The position numbers and the translations under genes are program-made. This document shows positions 28,950 to 38,801 of a stretch of 64,000 bases of DNA, one piece after another. The notes beneath the pieces were generated by a model. The model did no database searches. It was not told the origin of the DNA and saw only the letters and a list, made by a program, of their open reading frames with translations. Source of the DNA: a virus (taxonomy: Duplodnaviria > Caudoviricetes); the IMG/VR virus record IMGVR_UViG_3300048670_001567, positions 1 through 64,000 of that record; one strand, written 5' to 3'. Position 1 is the first letter of the stretch. Each line of letters opens with the position of its first letter.

Positions 28950-29733
28950 TATTGACCATTTCTTTATATTGTTGGATCATCAGATCAGCTATGTCCTGAT
29001 GTATTGCTGGTGACCAATGCTGACAATCTCTGGCAGCGTGCACTTGCTCGGGAGTATATTTTTTTCTCATAATCCTTGATACGATATCGTCGTCTTGTAG
29101 TGATACCACCTTAAAATTATAAAGTCGTGTTAACAACTCCACAATTAGTTTATTTTTACAGTATAAATTATGGCACTGTGCATCACTGTATAGATCGACA
29201 ATGTCCCTGGGTTGATCAACTAACAGTTCAGACTTGACTGACAAGCATTGTTTATTCTGATAATACTTTTCGAATCTGGCGGGAGACGGCCAAAGAATAA
29301 ACACCACAGTAGGATGTATGTAATCAATGGAATTGGTCAACAATCTCGCCACTGTGTCGCTACTACCGCCACCGATTCCCAAATTGTAACAGTTATATTC
29401 GGTCTTATCAAAAATTTGACTAACATAATACACCCAACCCTCTGTTTCTCTGAGACCAACACCCATGGTGTGACTGCATCCCAAAAATAAAACATTCTTC
29501 TTGTCAGAATTTAATTCAAATTCTCGTGTTCTGAATCCGTGCGAGTTAAAATCATAAGTTATAGAATCTTCAGTGTAATTTGTGGGTTGATTTTTAATAA
29601 AATTTTCATAAGAATCTGTTGAAATCCACTTGACTTTTTCTGATTTGGGTTGATAACTGCCATTCAGACCCCCACCAATCTGCCAGTGATTTATTGCATC
29701 GTTTTCATTCATACAGTAAAACTTTCCCCGCAT
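28939..29733 (-). CDS. SGNH-like accessory protein (AT-rich)
   Basis: NSHGFR, LGCSHTMG, NLGIGGGS, RD..H. Confidence 0.55.
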   Translation of the reverse strand: MRGKFYCMNENDAINHWQIGGGLNGSYQPKSEKVKWISTDSYENFIKNQPTNYTEDSITYDFNSHGFRTREFELNSDKKNVLFLGCSHTMGVGLRETEGWVYYVSQIFDKTEYNCYNLGIGGGSSDTVARLLTNSIDYIHPTVVFILWPSPARFEKYYQNKQCLSVKSELLVDQPRDIVDLYSDAQCHNLYCKNKLIVELLTRLYNFKVVSLQDDDIVSRIMRKKYTPEQVHAARDCQHWSPAIHQDIADLMIQQYKEMVNNAG

Positions 29734-30035
29734 CCGCAGCGAGCACTTTCGTTGGGATTGACGAATTCAAATCCTTCATTAAGACCTTTTTTGGCCCAGT
29801 CCATGGTCAAACCGTCCAGATATACCAAACTTTTGGCATCGGTCCAGACACCAATGCCCTGATTGTCATATTTAATATGATCTGGGTCTGTGATTGGATC
29901 ATCCACATATTCCAGAGTGTATGCCAACCCACTGCAACCGGTGGTTTTTACTCCGATCATGATACCTATACCCCGTCCGCGTTTAGCTAGCATTTCTCTG
30001 ACTTTGGCAACGGCTGTTTCAGTTAACGTTATCAT
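29709..30035 (-). CDS. iscA: Fe-S assembly protein IscA
   Basis: GCSG...CGCGESF. Confidence 0.95.
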   Translation of the reverse strand: MITLTETAVAKVREMLAKRGRGIGIMIGVKTTGCSGLAYTLEYVDDPITDPDHIKYDNQGIGVWTDAKSLVYLDGLTMDWAKKGLNEGFEFVNPNESARCGCGESFTV

Positions 30036-30195
30036 CGAATATCCTATCTAAAACAGATTGTTTTTGTTCATCAGTGAACTCATTCCACAAGCCAACTTCT
30101 CGGTAAGTTCGTTTGCAGCCTACACAGATGCGGTGCTCATTGTACTGGCAAACACCAATGCAGGGACTGTCAACTGTGTTTTTTTCTGTAGTCAT
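30019..30195 (-). CDS. DUF1289-like Cys-rich protein (58 aa; not in the ORF track)
   Basis: SPCIGVC...CVGCKRT..E...W. Confidence 0.8.
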   Translation of the reverse strand: MTTEKNTVDSPCIGVCQYNEHRICVGCKRTYREVGLWNEFTDEQKQSVLDRIFDDNVN

Positions 30196-30550
30196 CTATA
30201 GCAGCCTGGATAGCATCTTCAGCAAGGATCGAGCAATGTATTTTAACTGGGGGCAGTGCCAGGTGTTCGGCAATTTCAGTATTTTTGATAGTGGCTGCTT
30301 GATCCAGAGTCTTGCCCTTGAGCCATTCTGTTACGAGTGATGAACTTGCAATGGCTGATCCGCAACCGTAGGTTTTAAATTTCGCATCTTCAATAATGCC
30401 CGTATCATTGACTTTTATCTGTAATTTCATAACATCGCCACAAGCCGGGGCTCCCACCATGCCTGTTCCCACATTGGCGTCGTCTTTGTCAAAACTTCCC
30501 ACATTTCTGGGATTCTCATAATGATCAATTACCTTGTCTGAATAGGCCAT
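30170..30550 (-). CDS. iscU: Fe-S scaffold IscU
   Basis: HYENPRNVG, APACGD, GCGSA, LPPVKIHCS. Confidence 0.97.
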   Translation of the reverse strand: MAYSDKVIDHYENPRNVGSFDKDDANVGTGMVGAPACGDVMKLQIKVNDTGIIEDAKFKTYGCGSAIASSSLVTEWLKGKTLDQAATIKNTEIAEHLALPPVKIHCSILAEDAIQAAIDDYRKKHS

Positions 30551-30614
30551 AAATATCCCTCGATAATAGAATGTACACTAAAAATTATTTATAATCTAGT
30601 ACCAAGATACCAAA

Positions 30615-30986
30615 TTATATAGAGGCACCACGCTCTTTGGCGGCTCGTTTGGCCATGCTGGCGACGGTGTCAACTGGGCCTGTTGTCGCCTGATCACCCA
30701 CATTTGTAGTAGGGGCATCGGATTCAGCATCTGTCGTCAATTCCACATATTTACGATTAAAACTCTTGATTAGATTTCGAACTGTGTCGCTGTGTTCGTT
30801 GGCGGAAACCAGTGCGTCGTAATTAAAGTTTTTGTCAGTGTTTATGACAAGATTTATCAGACTCTGTGTGCTGATTTTTGGTGGTTTATTCTCATGCTGA
30901 TATCGATTTCGGATCAACTCCAGAGCCGTCACCAGACTGGCCACTGACGGGTCAGATTCAGAGTTATCAAATTCTCTGAGTCGCAT
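30615..30986 (-). CDS. Hypothetical protein (MRLREF...)
   Basis: Start reassigned to avoid a long overlap. Confidence 0.65.
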   Translation of the reverse strand: MRLREFDNSESDPSVASLVTALELIRNRYQHENKPPKISTQSLINLVINTDKNFNYDALVSANEHSDTVRNLIKSFNRKYVELTTDAESDAPTTNVGDQATTGPVDTVASMAKRAAKERGASI

Positions 30987-30987
30987 A

Positions 30988-31677
30988 TTAACGACGTTCT
31001 CTGCCCAATTCCTCAGCACCACCCACAGCAGCGTCGGTTGCCCCAAATCCGTCGGTTTCATCAGAATCCAGATCACTCTCGGGCGCTGGTGGAGTCATAC
31101 TGGCATCCATGCCAGTCTGATCACCAGTGGCTGGCATGGCCATGGGCTGATCCACTGCTTCTCCGCTGAGAATTCTAACACCAGTATCAACTCCCTCACG
31201 AGCAGTTTGCAAATTCTGCATAAGTGTTGACAATGTTTCACCCACTGCATTCTTGAATCCTTCAGCCTGCTCTGAACCAATCTGGTCACGAATACTGTCC
31301 AGTAGCTGTGGCAGTTGCTCATTCTGCATCTTGCCAACTTTTTCAATGGCGTCTTGAATTGAATCCACCATGTCTTTGGCAGCCAACAGAACCTCGGCAT
31401 TGCCGACCTCACCCTCGTTGAGTTGTGTGCGTTGTTCACTTAACCAGGCGGCCAGACTTTCTCGAACAGTCAGCAATTCCATATAACGTGGATTGCGTTC
31501 TGCAGTGTGAATGTCCACACTGTAACGAATTTTGTTCAAATTGTTATCAATGGTCTCACTGAGTTTCTCAGCACGCTCAACGGTGAGCTTACGGAAATCA
31601 ATGGCAAAGCCGAAACGACTTTCCATCAACTTGTTGATTCTTTTACTTGTGGTTTTTGCAACTTCTGTTAGTCTCAT
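30988..31677 (-). CDS. Hypothetical protein, possibly head/scaffold-associated
   Basis: Helical with an acidic tail; MRLTEV N-terminus. Confidence 0.6.
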   Translation of the reverse strand: MRLTEVAKTTSKRINKLMESRFGFAIDFRKLTVERAEKLSETIDNNLNKIRYSVDIHTAERNPRYMELLTVRESLAAWLSEQRTQLNEGEVGNAEVLLAAKDMVDSIQDAIEKVGKMQNEQLPQLLDSIRDQIGSEQAEGFKNAVGETLSTLMQNLQTAREGVDTGVRILSGEAVDQPMAMPATGDQTGMDASMTPPAPESDLDSDETDGFGATDAAVGGAEELGRERR

Positions 31678-31691
31678 GGTGATGGTTCCAA

Positions 31692-32183
31692 TTACAATTT
31701 AGTATATTTAGCCAAATCAAAGTTTTTTTTCAGTTCTTTTTTGGTGTAGTTTATTCGGAGAGTTACTTCATTATATTTATTACTGTAATACTCCCTGGCC
31801 CAGGTATCCGAAATCTCGGCAGCGCGACGATATCTGTGTCGATACAATGCCGCTTCGAATTCCAGAGTGGACAATGCCTGATCATTTTTTATTATTTCGT
31901 TGGCCACAGCATTTTGTTTCTGGTGTACCGCAATACAATAAAAGATGGCATCTTTGCGATGGAAAAAATCAAAAATTTGTTGGCCCTGCACAAAAACACG
32001 CCAGCAGTCTGTGTCAATTTTGATTACTCGACTTTTGCCCACCAACACATCAGTGCCAATCTGATAGCAAAATGGCAGATCGCTGTGACTGAGTTTGGCT
32101 AACTCGGTTTCGGTAAATCTGCGAATTTTTTCCAGTTCAAATTCTTCAGATGCGTTTTCTGTAGTAGATTTTGCCGTTTTCAT
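31692..32183 (-). CDS. Hypothetical protein
   Basis: ORF in operon. Confidence 0.6.
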   Translation of the reverse strand: MKTAKSTTENASEEFELEKIRRFTETELAKLSHSDLPFCYQIGTDVLVGKSRVIKIDTDCWRVFVQGQQIFDFFHRKDAIFYCIAVHQKQNAVANEIIKNDQALSTLEFEAALYRHRYRRAAEISDTWAREYYSNKYNEVTLRINYTKKELKKNFDLAKYTKL

Positions 32184-32352
32184 TGGTACGTAATAGAACG
32201 TCTCGAACAGTCAACTGATTGGCCAATAACTGTTCTCTTTCGTTGAGTTGGTTTTTTGATAGGACATCGCCATCACTGAAGCGATCGAGTAGTTGACTCT
32301 CTTCATTGGTGATGGGCATCAGGATCTTGGTGGTTAGTTCTACAATTTTCAT
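32146..32352 (-). CDS. Hypothetical protein
   Basis: MKIVEL N-terminus. Confidence 0.6.
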   Translation of the reverse strand: MKIVELTTKILMPITNEESQLLDRFSDGDVLSKNQLNEREQLLANQLTVRDVLLRTNENGKIYYRKRI

Positions 32353-32392
32353 ATTGTAACAGTTTTAATATTGTAACTTTTAGTTTTTATTG

Positions 32393-32659
32393 CTATTTAT
32401 TTAAGATACTGTTACAGACAAATCCAAGGAATGCCGCCAGAATAGCCCCGCCAATTGATACAAATATGCTTATGGTCTGTTTATTCTGGTCGTTGAGCTT
32501 GCCAGTGACCGCGTCTTTGATGTCAACAATATGCGACTCAAGTTTATCCATACGTGACTCAAGATTTTCTAGTTTGGTTTCCAAGTTCTTGTACCTTTCA
32601 GCACAAAGTTCAACGTGGGCTTCTAGATTTTGTTTTTCAATCTCAGTAGTGGTTGACAT
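32393..32659 (-). CDS. Coiled-coil protein with C-terminal TM helix
   Basis: IEKQNLEAHVELCAERY; paralog of 60668..60919. Confidence 0.7.
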   Translation of the reverse strand: MSTTTEIEKQNLEAHVELCAERYKNLETKLENLESRMDKLESHIVDIKDAVTGKLNDQNKQTISIFVSIGGAILAAFLGFVCNSILNK

Positions 32660-32750
32660 AATATCGCTTTCAGTTACAAGCGATGCCTTCAGATGTGCCA
32701 GAGTTGTGCCTTGATATGTGCCTTGATGAATGCCCGAGCATCACAATTAT

Positions 32751-33191
32751 TTATATCAGGCTGGCGCTAGTAAAGTATATGTTTTTACCAGGGCCCGTGG
32801 TATAAAACAATGCCAGGGGCAGGGCAATAGTTTCGTCCAGCCCTGTTATTACCGGAGTCTGTGCAAAATCACTTTTTAACACCCCGTAATCATCATCAGA
32901 TTTCAGATACAAGTCAGCGTACTCAACGTCAAACTCAAACGCCCAAATTCTGTGTTTGCCTTTGTAATCTTCGCCAAACTCGAAATTCTTGACATCTGAC
33001 TTTTCTGTCTTGAGAATCCTCACACCCAATAACTGTGTTCGCATGCTGAGCATTTGTATCACAGTTTCCCAGTTGCGTTGCTTGTTGCGCATGCGCTCGT
33101 ATTCTGGGTTGTTGGATGTGACTCCAGTTTTGGTAATGTCTATCAGAGTATAAACTCGATGGCGGTGTATTCGTTGGTCTTCAAAATGCAT
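32751..33191 (-). CDS. Hypothetical protein
   Basis: ORF with upstream ATAAATA. Confidence 0.65.
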   Translation of the reverse strand: MHFEDQRIHRHRVYTLIDITKTGVTSNNPEYERMRNKQRNWETVIQMLSMRTQLLGVRILKTEKSDVKNFEFGEDYKGKHRIWAFEFDVEYADLYLKSDDDYGVLKSDFAQTPVITGLDETIALPLALFYTTGPGKNIYFTSASLI

Positions 33192-33223
33192 GGTAAACTT
33201 ATTTATCGTTTTTTTGTGATCAT

Positions 33224-33252
33224 AAAAAAAGCACGGCTGGGCCGTGCTTTTT
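33224..33252. terminator. Intrinsic terminator
   Basis: AAAAAAAGCACGGC-tgg-GCCGTGCTTTTT. Confidence 0.85.
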
Positions 33253-33267
33253 GGGGTTGGCTAACTA

Positions 33268-33624
33268 TTAAGCGAATGTGTTGCCACTTAGACCGTTGTA
33301 GATGGTCCAGGTTGTGGTCAAACCACTGGCCGCGTCAGCGTCAGTTGCTAGCACTGTGGCGATAGCTGCTGATGTACCGGTGACGTCAGTAACTGAACCT
33401 GATGGCAACCCTTCTACCATGAACATGCAGTTGCCTGAAGCTGGTGTGCCAACGATGGTGACTGTGCAGAACTTTTGTAGAACGCGAACAACCTTTTCGA
33501 AGTTGCTGTCTGCTGCGTCGTATGCTGTTTCCAAACCTGTTGCTGCGCACTTGACGAACTTAACGTCACGTCCGATAAATTCTCCTGGTGCTGCATAGCC
33601 GTTTACTCTTGTGAATGATGCCAT
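33268..33624 (-). CDS. Putative abundant virion structural protein
   Basis: Strong RBS, own terminator, late-type motif upstream, Ala/Thr-rich. Confidence 0.5.
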   Translation of the reverse strand: MASFTRVNGYAAPGEFIGRDVKFVKCAATGLETAYDAADSNFEKVVRVLQKFCTVTIVGTPASGNCMFMVEGLPSGSVTDVTGTSAAIATVLATDADAASGLTTTWTIYNGLSGNTFA

Positions 33625-33663
33625 TTTATTTCTCCTAATTTTGTTACGCTTTCGCGCTTGTAA

Positions 33664-35295
33664 TTATTTATGCCTGATTATTTTTTTCTGAGCTTTTGAT
33701 TCTGGCAATCCTTGTGCTCGACGTTGACGTAAGAGGTCACTCATTGACGGCTCTGCTGACTGTGCTGCGGAGGATGGTGCTGAAGTAGATGGTGCTGGTG
33801 TCATCGCAGGCGCAGGTGCGGACACAGTGGTGCCACCCTTCTTTGCTAGCACAGTGTCAACAAATTTTTTAAGGCTCTGTAAGTCTCTGGTTTTTAAGGT
33901 TGGTAAAATTTTGTTAATTTGCCCCACTTGCATTGTTGCCGTTGTTGAAGGTGCTGCTGCAGGCGTGGGTGCAGGCGACGCTGCTGGTGCTTCTGCTGGT
34001 GCTGCTGCAGGCGTTGCTGCAGGCGTTGCTACTGCGGGCGTTGCTACTGCGGGCGTTGCTACTGCGGGCGTTGCTGCGGGTGCTGCGTACGGAATATTGT
34101 TAGATTGAAAAACGGTCTGGATAACTTCTTCGCCGACCCCCTCTTTTCTCAGAATATCGGCAATAGCCACGGAATCTGTGGGCTTCCCAGCTGCGCGCCA
34201 GGCCTGCATTAGTCTATCACTGGAAACTTTGGCTGTGAATGCACGACCAACTTTTCCCAACCCCGAGCCGACGGCACCCAGTCCTTTTTCAACTGCTCCC
34301 GCAGCACCTTTAAGTCCATCTAGTATACCTTCTTTCAACATTTGTTGTTTTTCTAATTTCAAACACAACAATACCATGTTGCTTTCTGTAAATTGATAAC
34401 TTTCTCCCAACTGTTGAAATAATGCCAATGACTCAATTGGCTGTCTAGTGAGTTTGTCAAGTATGTATAGGGTGCCTCCATCATTTTGAAAAAATACATT
34501 TTCAGGAGAATATTTGCTGGCAATGTAGTTTCTCATGCTGGCAGTAACCCCACGACCAAGATTGCCCAGGGCCTCGCCAGCAGGGGTGGTAACAGTTTGC
34601 TGTATAATTTGAACGGGGTCTCCTGCTGCAGGAGCAGTTTGCACTTGTGCAGCAGAATGCCCCTGTGCAGGAGCAGGTTGTCCAGCAGCGGCAGAATGTC
34701 CTTGCATGGCCTTGCCAATTTGCCCTGCGGCATAGGCCATGGCGCCGGTTTCGGCACCTGCAACGGCTGCCCGACTAAATTTTTCTCCCTGCAGTAGTTT
34801 GTCTACCATTTTAAACAAGCCCAACGCAGCGGCTCCGCCCAGCCCTGCGCCACTGATACCTGCTGCAGCAATCAGTGCCGAATAGATGAGTCCCTGTGCT
34901 ATGGGGTGCTTTTTGGCAAAGTCACGATATTTTTGCACATACTGCATGGCACCCTGATCACCACCAGTGGCCTGTTTGAGTTTTTCTGCGGCTTGATCGT
35001 AGATGGCATCAAAGTTTTTCATGATATTGCTATTCAAGGCCCGCTGCTTGAGGTCATCGTATGCAGCGAAAACAGCCTTGGGAACATCCACAGCGCGACC
35101 AATGGCAGTGCGATTGGATTTGTCGTTTTGTACTTGTTGGAATATCTGATTGATCTGATCTGCAGTCAACTGTGCCGCCATCAGGGAGCTGCCGGCGTAT
35201 TCCCAGAGCATCATGGATCTCTGAGCAGATTTATTCAACCCTTCATAAAGGTATTGATTTTTATTTCTGGGGCGTTCGATTTCGGTTATCTTCAT
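33664..35295 (-). CDS. Hypothetical protein with Pro/Ala/Thr-rich linker
   Basis: MKITEI start; PAVAT repeats. Confidence 0.65.
   Translation of the reverse strand: MKITEIERPRNKNQYLYEGLNKSAQRSMMLWEYAGSSLMAAQLTADQINQIFQQVQNDKSNRTAIGRAVDVPKAVFAAYDDLKQRALNSNIMKNFDAIYDQAAEKLKQATGGDQGAMQYVQKYRDFAKKHPIAQGLIYSALIAAAGISGAGLGGAAALGLFKMVDKLLQGEKFSRAAVAGAETGAMAYAAGQIGKAMQGHSAAAGQPAPAQGHSAAQVQTAPAAGDPVQIIQQTVTTPAGEALGNLGRGVTASMRNYIASKYSPENVFFQNDGGTLYILDKLTRQPIESLALFQQLGESYQFTESNMVLLCLKLEKQQMLKEGILDGLKGAAGAVEKGLGAVGSGLGKVGRAFTAKVSSDRLMQAWRAAGKPTDSVAIADILRKEGVGEEVIQTVFQSNNIPYAAPAATPAVATPAVATPAVATPAATPAAAPAEAPAASPAPTPAAAPSTTATMQVGQINKILPTLKTRDLQSLKKFVDTVLAKKGGTTVSAPAPAMTPAPSTSAPSSAAQSAEPSMSDLLRQRRAQGLPESKAQKKIIRHK
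34022..34075. repeat. 15-bp coding tandem repeat (about 3.5 copies) encoding TPAVA
   Basis: GGCGTTGCTACTGCG repeated. Confidence 0.85.
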
Positions 35296-35308
35296 ACAAT
35301 GGAATCCA

Positions 35309-36022
35309 TCAAGTGGTGGGGGTTTTTGTTCGTGATGCCAAGATAGCATCAATATTTTTCTTGACACTTAACAGGTCTCTGGTGCGCAGACCACCAATTG
35401 CACTTTTTATACCTGTGTTTGCTGTGGTAGACGTAGTTGCTGCTGCGGGTGTGGTTGACTGTGGTCTAGATGCTGCAGACATTTTGGCGGCCATTGATGC
35501 ACCAACATTTGTGGCTGATGCTGCAGGCGCTGTTTGCGTGGTTGCGGTGGGCGCAGGTGCTGTTTGTGCAGCGGCGGCAGGTGCAGGTGCAGTGCTGGAA
35601 CCAGACTGCGTAAACTGTTGTTTGGTCATGCCTCCGGAAGTTCCGCCCAGTGTGCGATCAGTGACATTGACATTCTGTTGCTGTAGAAGGCCCACAAATC
35701 GGTTGACTACCGCTTGGCGTTGTTTTGCATCGGGGTATTTTCCCGATTGGGCCACCAGCTTATCAATTTCATCCACAGATATGCCATTTTTCATCACCGC
35801 ACGTTGTTTCATGGTCTGAACCAACGGCCCTTCTTTTGCATACTGTGCTGCTAATTTGGGGTCGTTAATTTTCATGTAGCCGTCTGCATCAAGACTGGCG
35901 GGGCCTTGAGTAATTTTAGCAGTGTCTCGGGCTTTCTGATATGCTGCAGAAACGTTGGGCGCCAACCCCTGAGCAAGCCCACTCATGAACCCTTCCTCTG
36001 ACAGGATTTCTTTAACTTTCAT
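35309..36022 (-). CDS. Hypothetical Ala/Thr-rich protein
   Basis: C-terminal LRTRDLLSVKKNIDAILA is shared with the downstream protein (LKTRDLQSLKKFVDTVLA). Confidence 0.65.
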   Translation of the reverse strand: MKVKEILSEEGFMSGLAQGLAPNVSAAYQKARDTAKITQGPASLDADGYMKINDPKLAAQYAKEGPLVQTMKQRAVMKNGISVDEIDKLVAQSGKYPDAKQRQAVVNRFVGLLQQQNVNVTDRTLGGTSGGMTKQQFTQSGSSTAPAPAAAAQTAPAPTATTQTAPAASATNVGASMAAKMSAASRPQSTTPAAATTSTTANTGIKSAIGGLRTRDLLSVKKNIDAILASRTKTPTT

Positions 36023-36260
36023 CTTTGAGTTTCCTTATGCCTCGGGCAAATTTAGCTGGATCCTGACCACGTATGGCGTTCAACAATCTGCGTTCCAGAG
36101 CATCTGCAGTTTCTGCATCATAACTCTCTCGGAGCAAATTGATAAAATTGATAGCACCGTTGATGATGTTATTGGCGCGAGATTCGATCAGTCGCTCTCG
36201 ATCACGATGTATCAATAGTTCGTCTAGTTCTGTTAGGATGCCACGTGTACGTTTTTGCAA
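36012..36260 (-). CDS. Hypothetical protein
   Basis: Coupled ORF. Confidence 0.6.
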   Translation of the reverse strand: MQKRTRGILTELDELLIHRDRERLIESRANNIINGAINFINLLRESYDAETADALERRLLNAIRGQDPAKFARGIRKLKDES

Positions 36261-36302
36261 GATTTCAATCCAATTTAATTTATTTATTATCGTAAATGAA
36301 TT

Positions 36303-37691
36303 TCAATCTGCACGTTTTAGTCCAGCCAACATACTTTTTAACTTACTGCTGTCAACTGTGGCAGAAACTTTTGCTGGTTCGTCTCGATTGGTGAGCGTGC
36401 TGCCAGTTTTAATTTGACTTAGGATGCTACTACCAGAAGGTCTTGTGCCATTTTCCTGAGCGTCTTCGCCCGCATCAGTAATGCGCAGGGTCTCAAGATC
36501 GTATTCCAAATCCACTTTGGTACCCACCCCACTGCTGCTGCGAGTCTTCATCAGTTGCAATTGATAACGCCCGCGCTCACGCATGGCTCGGCTAGTAAAA
36601 ATACCAAACACATTATCTGCTGTGTTAATTTTGCTTAAGCCGCCAGCGATATGACTGTGGTCAAATTCAATTTCTTCCACTGCTCCACGATTCAACTGAC
36701 TGGCAGTGATCATGAGAATGTTGAGTTCTCGGGCCAGATTGCGTAGTTCTTCTGATACATATTTGTCCTTGACAAACAGATCATTAGGGCTGACTTTGGC
36801 ACTGACTGGCATCACCAGATCCAAGTAATCCACCATGATAAAATCCAACTTCATACCAGTCTGTATCTGTAGTTCTTTCAAATAACTGCGTATCTGATTG
36901 ACATTGCTCTGTGCTGGCATGTATTTGATGCGTAGAGCACCACTTTTCTTGCCCACCATCTTGATCTTCATTTCCACAGTGTCTAGTTCTTTAAACACCT
37001 CTTTGGTACTGACATTGGCCACCATGCTATCCATACGCATGGCGCACAGGCCTTCGCTAAGTTCCAGACTCAGGTAAACGCCATTTAGCCCAGCAGTGGC
37101 CCAGTTGATGGCAATGTTCTGCATGAACAAACTCTTGCCACTGCCGGATCCACCAGCAAAAATATTGAGCTCGCCGCGATTCATGCCACCAAACAATCGC
37201 TTGTCCAAAGTAGGCCACCCAGTCGATACTTGCCCATTGTTGCTCTTGATGGCCATGAGTCGAGTTCTGGGATCGTCAAAATAGTCTGTTCCCATGTCCT
37301 TGGTCAGACTGATCTGCACTGCGTCTTTGATAAGTTTCTCAACAGGATCATATTCGCCCTTTTCCAACATGTCGGCGGCTTTGAGAATTGCTCGCTCTAA
37401 CTCCTGACGTTTGGTAAAACTTTCAAATTCAGTTAAAAACCAACTGTAATGGTCCTCAGTTAAGTCCGGAACATGTTTGAAGTCAATACCAGTAACAGCC
37501 TGTGTCTGCGCCAGTGTGGGCAGAACTTTGTGTTCTTGAGCATGCTGTTTAACGAATCTAGCAGCTTCTCTAAGACTACGATCAAAATTTTCTGGATTGT
37601 AGATATTCTGCACACGTACATAGCTCTGCGCATCCTGCAGCATCATTTCCAAAAATAATTTTTGCAGTTCTGAAGAATATTCTTTAGTCAT
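36303..37691 (-). CDS. Replicative DnaB-family helicase (T4 gp41-like)
   Basis: GGSGSGKS, SLEL, VDYLDL, TASQLNR. Confidence 0.92.
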   Translation of the reverse strand: MTKEYSSELQKLFLEMMLQDAQSYVRVQNIYNPENFDRSLREAARFVKQHAQEHKVLPTLAQTQAVTGIDFKHVPDLTEDHYSWFLTEFESFTKRQELERAILKAADMLEKGEYDPVEKLIKDAVQISLTKDMGTDYFDDPRTRLMAIKSNNGQVSTGWPTLDKRLFGGMNRGELNIFAGGSGSGKSLFMQNIAINWATAGLNGVYLSLELSEGLCAMRMDSMVANVSTKEVFKELDTVEMKIKMVGKKSGALRIKYMPAQSNVNQIRSYLKELQIQTGMKLDFIMVDYLDLVMPVSAKVSPNDLFVKDKYVSEELRNLARELNILMITASQLNRGAVEEIEFDHSHIAGGLSKINTADNVFGIFTSRAMRERGRYQLQLMKTRSSSGVGTKVDLEYDLETLRITDAGEDAQENGTRPSGSSILSQIKTGSTLTNRDEPAKVSATVDSSKLKSMLAGLKRAD

Positions 37692-38799
37692 TTAATAAGT
37701 TTTGCACATTATGATAAATTTTTTCAAACAATTTACCGGAGACGATATAATCATAATTATGCATTAAGATCTCTTTTCGATCAAGTATTAGCTGTTCTAA
37801 ATCTTTTAAACTATACCGTTGTTTTAATTTGCCAACTTGTTCACTTACAAGTTGTGCACGTTTGTAAAAATTCGGCTCTTCCTGATAACTGTAATCAATC
37901 AAATCATGATCAAATAGAAGTCCCAAATTTTCCAGATGTCTTATTGATTGGAAACCCAGAGGGATTATAAATTGTAAATTTAAAAACCCCTTGAGAGTTT
38001 TTTCAGTTAGAATAGAGAAATTTTGATTATCCATTGTTTCTCTAATTATCTGACAGGCACTTACTGAATGCACATTGCTGTTATATGCAACATTTTTAAC
38101 CAGTTGCATTTTATCTATATTCTTTCTAGAAGCAAATTGAAGAAGTTTTTTATTTTCTACTAGTTGATCACAAGCGTTGCGATCACAAAAGTTGGTCAAC
38201 TGTTCTAGATACCCGTCGAATTTGCCAGTGTTATTCGTAAATCCACCCAGATAATCCACATGCCCAATACTTTGATGTGTTAAAAATAACGATACCAAAA
38301 AGTCTCTGTTTAAACTTCCATAGGTGCCACCGTAAAAATCAAAATAATATTTTAGTTCTTTATTGATATGGGGCTTATTTAAATTTTCATAAGAATTGAT
38401 TACACCAGGCATATAAAAAGTATATAGTGGAACTTCCACCACCACAAACCCTGTTTGGCCAAATAACCGTAAGTATTTTTGGTACCACTCACCCAAACCC
38501 AGAGTGTGAGTGGACACAAACAAAATATTTTTTATATTACAACACTTCTTTAAAAACCAATTGTGTATCGAGATAAAAATTTCTGTCGTTATTGTTTCAT
38601 CGTAAACAAATACTATTTTTCTATTAAAACTTTCCAGCAAACTATTGCTATCTATATAATCATCCAAAAATTTATGTATATATTTTTCTTTATGTTCAAG
38701 TTCAGGAACACTGGACACCAAATCCAACAATTCTCCCTTAATTGAACAAATTTTCTTGTATTTACTGAATAGTTCATCTATGCGTTGAATGTAATTCAT
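37684..38799 (-). CDS. AT-rich glycosyltransferase-like accessory protein
   Basis: IRET...LTEKTLKGF...DYSY, as in 1..637. Confidence 0.45.
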   Translation of the reverse strand: MNYIQRIDELFSKYKKICSIKGELLDLVSSVPELEHKEKYIHKFLDDYIDSNSLLESFNRKIVFVYDETITTEIFISIHNWFLKKCCNIKNILFVSTHTLGLGEWYQKYLRLFGQTGFVVVEVPLYTFYMPGVINSYENLNKPHINKELKYYFDFYGGTYGSLNRDFLVSLFLTHQSIGHVDYLGGFTNNTGKFDGYLEQLTNFCDRNACDQLVENKKLLQFASRKNIDKMQLVKNVAYNSNVHSVSACQIIRETMDNQNFSILTEKTLKGFLNLQFIIPLGFQSIRHLENLGLLFDHDLIDYSYQEEPNFYKRAQLVSEQVGKLKQRYSLKDLEQLILDRKEILMHNYDYIVSGKLFEKIYHNVQNLLND

Positions 38800-38801
38800 A
38801 A

